Below, piece after piece: positions 27,842 through 34,749 of a stretch of DNA of 64,000 nucleotides; the stretch's first letter is position 1; each line of letters begins with the position of its first letter. A model generated the notes under the pieces. It worked only from the letters and a program-made list of their open reading frames with translations, did no database searches and was not told where the DNA came from. This DNA is from Thermoplasmatota archaeon (lineage in GTDB: Archaea; Thermoplasmatota; Penumbrarchaeia; JANQNL01): the NCBI GenBank assembly GCA_028279585.1, contig JANQNL010000039.1, positions 4,132 to 68,131 on the forward strand, in the 5' to 3' direction. The position numbers were made by a program, and so were the translations under genes.

Positions 27842-29944
27842 TTGTCACTTCCAGTTAGACGCATGGTTCTGTACAAACACGGAGTAGGCTTCATCGAGAG
27901 AGGCAAGAAGTTCAAGGGAAACGAGCCCATCAAGCTCAAGTTCAAGAAGAAAGAGATGGACGACATTCTCAAGTCACTGTCCATCTTCGACACCGGCAAC
28001 GGCCGGGTCACAGGTGTCTCGTACGAGACCGCCGAGGACATCACGGCAAAGCTTGCTGAAAAAGCGATAACGGTTCCTGACCGTGAAGCGATGCTGGGAT
28101 TGTTCAGACAGCTCCGTGGTTACGAGGTCAAGCTCAACACGACCCAGGAAGAGGTCCAGGGTATCGTTGTCGGAACCCAGGAGGACCCGAAGCTTACCGG
28201 TGAGGGAGAGCTCGTCGAGAGAGAGGCCAGCGTCATCATCAAGGACGCGGACAACAACATCAAGCCGATCAAAGCGGATGACATCGTCCACTTCAACGTC
28301 CTCTCGTCCGAGGCGTTCGACGACCTGGATTATTTCCTTGACGCGATCACCACCGAGCGTAAGAAGAACATCAAGGGCGTCACCGTCTTCCTCGATGGAA
28401 AGGACCACGACGTCTCTGTCAACTACATCGTGTCCATGCCCTCATGGAGGGTGAGCTACCGTATTGCGTTCAATGAGAAAAAGACCATCCTCCAGGGCTG
28501 GGGGATAATCGACAACCAGCTCGACGAGGACCTCAAGGACATCAACCTGTCCCTCGTGGCAGGCAAGCCCATCTCCTTTATCTACGACATCTACACACCC
28601 AGGATCGTCCCCCGACCTGTGGTGAGGGAAGAGGTCAGAACGGTCTCCGCTCCAGTGGACCTGGAGGGAGGCATGGACCAGTACGAGGAAGATGAGATGG
28701 AGATGATGAAGGAGGAGAAGTGCTACGATTTCGAGGAGGAGTGCATGGATGGCCTCATGGCAGACGAAGCACCGATGGCCATGAAGAAGGCCATGTCTCG
28801 CTCTGCTGGTATGGGACCACCTGCGGGAATGTCCGCATTGATGAGCGCTCCAGCTCCAGAGCCGACCCCGGACATGCTTCAGGAATCTGCAAGGGTACAG
28901 ACCCGTTCTGTAGAGATGGGCGAGTTCTTCAAGTACGATATCGAGACCCCTGTGACGGTCAAGAGGGGCCAGTCCGCCATGGTCCCGATCCTCCAGTGTG
29001 GCATCACCTGCGAGAAGGAGCATGTCTACAACGCCTCCAAGATGCCACTCAACCCGGTGGTGACGATGAAGGTCACCAACGACACAGGAGCCGTCCTGGA
29101 AAGAGGACCGATCCTGGTCCTGGACGACGGTACCTATGTCGGTGAGGCAATCCTGCCATACACGACCAATGGCTCGGTCAATCACATCGCATACTCTGTG
29201 GACCTTGGCGTTGAGGTCAAGGAAGAATACAATTCCGGTTCCGAGCTCGAGCAGATAGAGATCTCGAACAGATACTTCAGAAAGATCTACATGGAGTGGA
29301 AGGAGACCACCTACAAGGTCACCAACAAGAAGAAGGACAAGGTGGACCTGGTCATCGAGCATCCAAAGAGCAGCTACGAGATCGATGAGGAAGAGACCGT
29401 CAAGCCGACGGATGAGACTGATAACTACTACAGGTGGAAGTTCAAGGTCAAGGGGAAAAAGACCTCGGACTTCACAGTGAGGGAGACCACGATCACTCAT
29501 TACACCGAGTACATCCGTGACTCGTCCACATCCACTGTTGAGCATTACTACAAGTCGAAGTACATCTCCAAGGCCAACTACGACAAGATCCAGGAGATAA
29601 TGGAGCTTCAGGCAAAGATCCACAAGCTCGAGGAAGAGGCGGACAAGCTCGATGAGGAGCGGGAAGACATCTACGAGGAGCAGGAGAGGCTTCGCGAGAA
29701 CCTCGAGTCTTTGGGCGACACGAAGAAGGAAGATACCCTTCGGGCAAAGTACGTCGACAAGATGGACAGCCAGGAAGGTCGACTCGAAGCTATAAAGAAG
29801 CGCGAGAAGGCAATAGAGAAACAGGTCGAGAAGATCGACGATGAGATCGATAAGAAAGTTGACAAGCTAAGGGACGACGGCGGGCCTCTGACCAAGAAGC
29901 CGAAGAACCTCGTCAACAAGCTGAAGAGAGCTATCAAGAGGTGA
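27842..29944 (+). CDS. DUF4139-like protein with C-terminal coiled coil (paralogue A)
   Basis: 'VSVNYIVSMPSWRVSYRI', 'LQGWGIIDNQLDEDLKDINLSLVAGKPISF' matches the pattern I recall for DUF4139/TIGR02231 (..W.P.Y.. then ..GEDW..V.L.LV.G.P). The last roughly 120 aa are heptad-rich and charged. The TTG start aligns with the ATG of paralogue B. Confidence 0.6.
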   Translation: MSLPVRRMVLYKHGVGFIERGKKFKGNEPIKLKFKKKEMDDILKSLSIFDTGNGRVTGVSYETAEDITAKLAEKAITVPDREAMLGLFRQLRGYEVKLNTTQEEVQGIVVGTQEDPKLTGEGELVEREASVIIKDADNNIKPIKADDIVHFNVLSSEAFDDLDYFLDAITTERKKNIKGVTVFLDGKDHDVSVNYIVSMPSWRVSYRIAFNEKKTILQGWGIIDNQLDEDLKDINLSLVAGKPISFIYDIYTPRIVPRPVVREEVRTVSAPVDLEGGMDQYEEDEMEMMKEEKCYDFEEECMDGLMADEAPMAMKKAMSRSAGMGPPAGMSALMSAPAPEPTPDMLQESARVQTRSVEMGEFFKYDIETPVTVKRGQSAMVPILQCGITCEKEHVYNASKMPLNPVVTMKVTNDTGAVLERGPILVLDDGTYVGEAILPYTTNGSVNHIAYSVDLGVEVKEEYNSGSELEQIEISNRYFRKIYMEWKETTYKVTNKKKDKVDLVIEHPKSSYEIDEEETVKPTDETDNYYRWKFKVKGKKTSDFTVRETTITHYTEYIRDSSTSTVEHYYKSKYISKANYDKIQEIMELQAKIHKLEEEADKLDEEREDIYEEQERLRENLESLGDTKKEDTLRAKYVDKMDSQEGRLEAIKKREKAIEKQVEKIDDEIDKKVDKLRDDGGPLTKKPKNLVNKLKRAIKR

Positions 29945-29948
29945 TAAG

Positions 29949-31949
29949 ATGGTTTTACCAGTAAGAAGAATGGTACTTTACAAGCACGGTGTCGGGTTCA
30001 TCGAGCGCGGTGAGAAGTTCTCCGGAGACGAACCCATCAAGCTCAAGTTCAAAAAGAAGGAGATGGACGATATCCTGAAGTCACTGTCCATCTTCGACTC
30101 GGGTGGCGGTAGGGTGACCGGTGTCTCGTACGAGACAGCCGAGGACATCTCCAAGCAGCTTGCCGAGAAAGCGATCACGGTCCCCGACAGAGAGGCTCTT
30201 GTCGGACTCTTCCGACAGCTCCGTGGTTACGACGTCAGGGTCAAGACCACACAGGAGGAGCTCGAGGGAACCGTCATGGGAACCCAGGAGGACAAGAAGG
30301 CCGGCAAGGTCATGACCGAGGACCAGAACACCATCATAATCCAGGATGCGGACGGTAAGGTCAGGCCGGTAAAGGTCGAGGACATCGTCCACTTCGAGGT
30401 CACTACCTCTGAGGCAAAGGAGGATCTTGCGTTCTTCCTGGACGCGATCACGTCCGAGAGGAAGAAGAACACCAAGGGTGTGACAGTGTTCCTTGATGGA
30501 AAGGAGCACGACGTATCTGTCAACTACATCGTTTCCATGCCCTCATGGAGGGTCAGTTACAGAATAGCCTACGATAAGAAGGGCAAGACCATCCTCCAGG
30601 GATGGGGTATCATCGACAATCAGCTCGACGAGGACCTCAAGGACATCAGTCTGTCGCTTGTGGCTGGAAAGCCCATCTCCTTCATCTACGACATCTACAA
30701 GCCAAGGATCGTTCCAAGGCCAGTGGTAAGGGAAGAGGTCAGAACTGTATCTGCCCCCGTGGACCTGGAAAGCGGAATGGAAGAGTACGAGCGGGAAGAG
30801 ATGGAGATGGAGTATGATGGGGACATGGATGACATGATGATGGAAGCTTCCATGGGAGCAGGTGGAGCAATGAAGTCGAGAAAGAGGGCTGCAAGACCAG
30901 CGATGGCCCCGCCACCGGCCCCTGCAGCCACAGCTGCCGCATTGGAGGAGTCGGCAGCGGTTCAGACCCGGACCGTCGAGATGGGTGAGTTCTTCAAGTA
31001 CGACATCGAGACACCGGTGACCGTGAAACGTGGGCAGTCCGCCATGGTCCCGATCCTCCAGTGCCCGATCACTTGTGAGAAGGAGCATGTCTACAACGCA
31101 TCCAAGATGCCACTCAATCCCGTAGTGACCATGAAGATCACAAACGACACAGGTGCTGTCCTTGAGCGTGGACCGATCCTGGTCCTTGACGAGGGTACCT
31201 ATGTCGGTGAGGCCATCCTGCCATACACGACCGGTGGAAGCGTCAACCACGTCGCCTACTCCGTGGACCTCGGTGTCGAGCTCAAGGAAGAACATCGCTC
31301 GGGTTCGAACCTCACGCAGGTCTATATTTCGAACAGGTACTTCCAGAAGGTCCATCTAGCTTGGAAGGAGACCACATACAAGGTCACAAACAAAAAGAAG
31401 GATGGAGTGGACCTGGTCATCGAGCATCCAAAGAGCAACTACAATATTGACGAGGATGTGACCGAGAAGCCCACCGATGAGACGGACAACTTCTATCGGT
31501 GGAAGTTCAAGGTCAAGGGCAAGACCACCTCTGACTTCAAGGTCAGGGAAGTTACCACCACCTACCATTCCGAGTATGTCAAGAACATTTCCTTCGAGAC
31601 CCTGAAGGAATATTATCGCAAGGAATGGGTCAAGAAGCCTAACTTCGACAAGATCTCCGAGATCATTGAGCTCACAAAGGATATTGCCAAGCTCAACAAA
31701 GAGAAGAACGAGCTGGTCAACGAACAGAACACCATCTCCAATGAGCAGGGTCGTCTCCGCCAGAACCTGGAGTCCCTTGGAACTTCCCAAAAGGAGGACA
31801 CGCTCCGTGCCAAGTATGTCGACAAGCTCGATGCCCAGGAGAACAGGTTCGAAGAGATCAAGGCCCGACTTGCAGCGATAGTCGTTGAGATCGAGAGGAT
31901 AGAAAAGACCATCGACTCAAAGCTCGATGAGGTCAGGAACAACGAGTAG
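29949..31949 (+). CDS. DUF4139-like protein with C-terminal coiled coil (paralogue B)
   Basis: Long blocks identical to paralogue A, for example 'PVRRMVLYKHGVGFIERG', 'PRIVPRPVVREEVRTVSAPVDLE' and 'VEMGEFFKYDIETPVTVKRGQSAMVPILQC'. Starts 4 nt after the stop of A. Confidence 0.6.
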   Translation: MVLPVRRMVLYKHGVGFIERGEKFSGDEPIKLKFKKKEMDDILKSLSIFDSGGGRVTGVSYETAEDISKQLAEKAITVPDREALVGLFRQLRGYDVRVKTTQEELEGTVMGTQEDKKAGKVMTEDQNTIIIQDADGKVRPVKVEDIVHFEVTTSEAKEDLAFFLDAITSERKKNTKGVTVFLDGKEHDVSVNYIVSMPSWRVSYRIAYDKKGKTILQGWGIIDNQLDEDLKDISLSLVAGKPISFIYDIYKPRIVPRPVVREEVRTVSAPVDLESGMEEYEREEMEMEYDGDMDDMMMEASMGAGGAMKSRKRAARPAMAPPPAPAATAAALEESAAVQTRTVEMGEFFKYDIETPVTVKRGQSAMVPILQCPITCEKEHVYNASKMPLNPVVTMKITNDTGAVLERGPILVLDEGTYVGEAILPYTTGGSVNHVAYSVDLGVELKEEHRSGSNLTQVYISNRYFQKVHLAWKETTYKVTNKKKDGVDLVIEHPKSNYNIDEDVTEKPTDETDNFYRWKFKVKGKTTSDFKVREVTTTYHSEYVKNISFETLKEYYRKEWVKKPNFDKISEIIELTKDIAKLNKEKNELVNEQNTISNEQGRLRQNLESLGTSQKEDTLRAKYVDKLDAQENRFEEIKARLAAIVVEIERIEKTIDSKLDEVRNNE

Positions 31950-32529
31950 GAGTGATACCTTGGTGCTCGAGACTGGAGGCAATGTCAGGGCCACGCATAT
32001 CTTGAACGTCATGGCGTTCATCAAGCGCAAGATGGGGCAGAAGGGAGTGGACGAGCTTCTGAAGCAGTCCAACTGGAAACTTGCTACCCAGTACACTCCC
32101 CAGACCATCAACGAAGTAGCGTTCGTTCCTTACGACCACTACCTGATGTTCCTGCGCGAAGCAGACATCCTCTACGACTCTGGGGACCTCTCGGTCATTC
32201 CGGAGATCGGCGCGTTCACGGTCTCGCACCTTGGGACCTTCGACCACTTGCTCGACACTTCCGGCTTGTTACCACTTATCGAGAAGGTCGTAGAGAAGTT
32301 CGATTACATCTACGACTTCGGAAAGCTCGAGATCGCCGAGGAGTCCGCAGGAAGGATCGTGCTTCGGTACAAGGAGTTCCCAAAGATCAAGGAGAAGTGT
32401 CTCTACCTCCAGGGAAGCATCGAGGAGGCCATCGCTATGTGTGGCATCGAAGCTCAAGTGGAGGAGACATTGTGCAACGTCGACGAGGGTGTCGACCACT
32501 GTGAGTTCGTTATCACTTGGAAAGAATGA
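31927..32529 (+). CDS. V4R/H-NOX-like small ligand-binding-domain protein (paralogue 1)
   Basis: Ends in 'ETLCNVDEGVDHCEFVITW', the E..C-x8-C.F.I pattern I associate with V4R domains. Paralogous to 42484-43095. The start may be the TTG/GTG at 31960/31963, preceded by GGAGTGA, rather than the overlapping ATG at 31927. Confidence 0.45.
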   Translation: MRSGTTSRSDTLVLETGGNVRATHILNVMAFIKRKMGQKGVDELLKQSNWKLATQYTPQTINEVAFVPYDHYLMFLREADILYDSGDLSVIPEIGAFTVSHLGTFDHLLDTSGLLPLIEKVVEKFDYIYDFGKLEIAEESAGRIVLRYKEFPKIKEKCLYLQGSIEEAIAMCGIEAQVEETLCNVDEGVDHCEFVITWKE

Positions 32530-32548
32530 TAACCATTCACGGATGCCA

Positions 32549-33817
32549 CTAATGAGAAGGCCTAGGAGGCATTCCACCATTGTGGAGAACCCTACTCTTG
32601 AGCTGGTTCGAAACCTCCTCTGCTCTTTTGTTTAGGAAGGCTTGATAATCATCGGTCCAAATACCAAACTGAGATAGATCTGTAATTAGATGCGACTTCA
32701 TTGTGGTGTCAATATCAGGATTCTTTGTACTGAAATTTCCCATATATTTAGAAGGGGGTTGTGCACCGATTACTCTCTTGTTAAGGTAATCATCTACAAT
32801 TGTAATATTAAGAATATTATTAACTTCCCAATCCAAGAAACCGCCTTTCTTTTGCATATATGATTTGGGGAAGAAGTGGTGATAATTTTTACTATTTGCC
32901 TTCTTCAGCCAATTCGTTTGGATGTTTACTTGAGAATTATCCTCAAATGACTTTGGTTCTTGATATGCGTAGAGACAGAGAATCGCCTTGATGTAACTTC
33001 GGCCGGCGCTAAACCACCCATTGTTTTTAATTGAAATGGGTTCAATATCAATCGCCCAATCATAGGTTGGGTAAGATCCATCCAGTATCTCATCAATCCT
33101 AAGGATATCTTGATGGAGTTTTGTCTCAACTCCGGATGAGAACCTTTCTGAAAGACAGGCTCTCCAGAAGTAGTCTTCTAGATATCTTTTCATATCTCCG
33201 CTAGGTTTCTGTGGATGCCTGTAAAAGAAGTATGAGAATGGAACAATCAATGCATTATAAGGAAGCAGATGAGATACTGGAATCCGATTACTTAATCTGA
33301 AGAATTCAACAGCTGCTTCTATCGCATCTACAGCATCAGGCCATATATTAATGAAATCCTGTTTATCAAGCTTTAAAATAGTTTTCCTCTTACATTCCTT
33401 TTCAAGGAAAATAGATACAACTTGGAGAACCGTTGCATCAGATATAGTTTCATAATCAACAGTAGCGAATGTAGATATCAACTCATCATATTTTTCAGTT
33501 AGATCAAAACCTGAATCAATATCAAAGGTTTTAGCAACCATGATTTCAAACAGCGAGAGAGGTTTTCCGCCAATATTGATTCGTGTAAAGATTTCAGTTG
33601 CGACATCTATTGGAGCATCAGGAATCTGGATTGTTGGGAATTGGTAGGCTTCGATTATTCTCTTATATTCTGCAATGGTGTCATGATATTTTTCATCAAA
33701 ATGTGTGGTAAAGAAGGTGAACTTCTGATTTAGTAGACCCGTGATTCTGATCACCGAATCCTCTTTCCTTCCATTCAATTCATGAATAACAATTTCTTCA
33801 TCATCGGTAGCATCCAA
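32549..33817 (-). CDS. DUF262/GmrSD-like protein, apparently lacking the N-terminal DGQQR-motif region (possible pseudogene)
   Basis: 'EIFTRINIGGKPLSLFEIMVAKTF' and the C-terminal 'NYHHFFPKSYM..NNILNITIVDDYLNKRVIGAQPPSKY' match the middle and C-terminal His-Me-like blocks of DUF262 proteins. The frame is closed by a stop at 33833-33835 and the only start is a TTG. AT-rich. Confidence 0.5.
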   Translation of the reverse strand: MDATDDEEIVIHELNGRKEDSVIRITGLLNQKFTFFTTHFDEKYHDTIAEYKRIIEAYQFPTIQIPDAPIDVATEIFTRINIGGKPLSLFEIMVAKTFDIDSGFDLTEKYDELISTFATVDYETISDATVLQVVSIFLEKECKRKTILKLDKQDFINIWPDAVDAIEAAVEFFRLSNRIPVSHLLPYNALIVPFSYFFYRHPQKPSGDMKRYLEDYFWRACLSERFSSGVETKLHQDILRIDEILDGSYPTYDWAIDIEPISIKNNGWFSAGRSYIKAILCLYAYQEPKSFEDNSQVNIQTNWLKKANSKNYHHFFPKSYMQKKGGFLDWEVNNILNITIVDDYLNKRVIGAQPPSKYMGNFSTKNPDIDTTMKSHLITDLSQFGIWTDDYQAFLNKRAEEVSNQLKSRVLHNGGMPPRPSH

Positions 33818-33977
33818 ATCAATCTGCGAGGTTCACTGTATTAATATAGACAATTGTTACAAAAGGTTTATATTGGGTAAATATACATAGGAATTATTAC
33901 AAGGAGCGGATTTTCTCCCATTTCACTGGGAGAGACTCTAAATACCAGTTAATGGTTAACTCGGGAAGGGGACTCAC

Positions 33978-34133
33978 ATGGCATACCCAGAGCCAACACC
34001 CGCAATCAAGGCAAAGAAGTCTGGAGAGTTTCTCCAGAGGCTTGAATCTTTCGAACTATCAGCGGCTCAGAAGGAAATTTATAAAAAAGCCATGAAGCGG
34101 AAGAAAGGAGATGCTGATAAAACCTTTCCGTGA
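33978..34133 (+). CDS. Putative antitoxin (51 aa, Lys-rich), not in the ORF track
   Basis: ATG at 33978 preceded by GGAAGGGG. It translates to MAYPEPTPAIKAKKSGEFLQRLESFELSAAQKEIYKKAMKRKKGDADKTFP*. Its TGA overlaps the GTG of the GNAT gene (GTGA at 34130-34133). Confidence 0.45.
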   Translation: MAYPEPTPAIKAKKSGEFLQRLESFELSAAQKEIYKKAMKRKKGDADKTFP

Positions 34134-34705
34134 TTGCTATGAGCTTATTTGCTCACCCTGAAACAATCGATCCAAAACAATTAGATTACGTTCCGTATCG
34201 ATTGACTCATAAGGTCAAATCGTTCTCATGTGGAGATTCTGACCTTGATTTCTTCTTGACTTCTGATGAAGTGAATGAGTATCAAAAACGTGGATTAGGT
34301 CGAACGAAGCTCATTTATTATCAGGGAGATCTTGTAGCATATGTTACGACAAGTATGGATTCACTGAGAATCGAATATCTGAAGACATACAAGAAACTAT
34401 CCAAACTATCCGAAATGCAGATTACAGCAATTCCAGCAATTAAGATTGGTCGATTGGCCGTCTCCAAGGATCATCAAAACTTAGGTATTGGTAGGACAGT
34501 TGTATCGGATGTTACTGCAGATGCAATAGGTGTTCAAAACCTTGCGGCAATTCGTTTGATCATTGTTGAAGCTAAACCTGATGCGAGAGCGTTTTATGAG
34601 AAACTTGGATTTGTACTTACATATCCAGTAAAAAGGGAACGGAATAAAAGACATCGTACGATGTTTCTTGACTTAGCGCCATTAACCGATCTTATCGAAG
34701 AATAA
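34130..34705 (+). CDS. GNAT-family acetyltransferase, TacT/AtaT-like type II toxin
   Basis: 'FSCGDSDLDFFL' (the F.CG..LD.fL signature of GNAT toxins), 'IPAIKIGRLAVSKDHQNLGIGRTVV' and 'ARAFYEKLGF'. Confidence 0.7.
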   Translation: MIAMSLFAHPETIDPKQLDYVPYRLTHKVKSFSCGDSDLDFFLTSDEVNEYQKRGLGRTKLIYYQGDLVAYVTTSMDSLRIEYLKTYKKLSKLSEMQITAIPAIKIGRLAVSKDHQNLGIGRTVVSDVTADAIGVQNLAAIRLIIVEAKPDARAFYEKLGFVLTYPVKRERNKRHRTMFLDLAPLTDLIEE

Positions 34706-34712
34706 AGAAATA

Positions 34713-34734
34713 GAAGGGCGGTCACCCGCCCTTC
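34713..34734. terminator. Bidirectional hairpin terminator (GAAGGGCGG-TCAC-CCGCCCTTC) flanked by T/A runs
   Basis: Perfect 9-bp GC-rich stem with a 4-nt loop. It lies between convergent genes ending at 34705 (+) and 34750 (-). Confidence 0.6.
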
Positions 34735-34749
34735 ATATTATTTTAGGTA

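Noticed and set aside
28442-29623. Long antisense ORFs opposite real genes. Examples are 28442-29623 (393 aa), 30543-31355 (270 aa), 24362-25096 (244 aa), 43907-44680 (257 aa), 51550-52173 (207 aa) and 42697-43434 (245 aa).
   Set aside because: They mirror GC-rich, codon-biased genes whose products have clear family motifs. Their translations are low-complexity (Arg/Leu/Val/His-rich) with no recognisable motif, RBS or promoter. They look like stop-codon-poor shadow frames.
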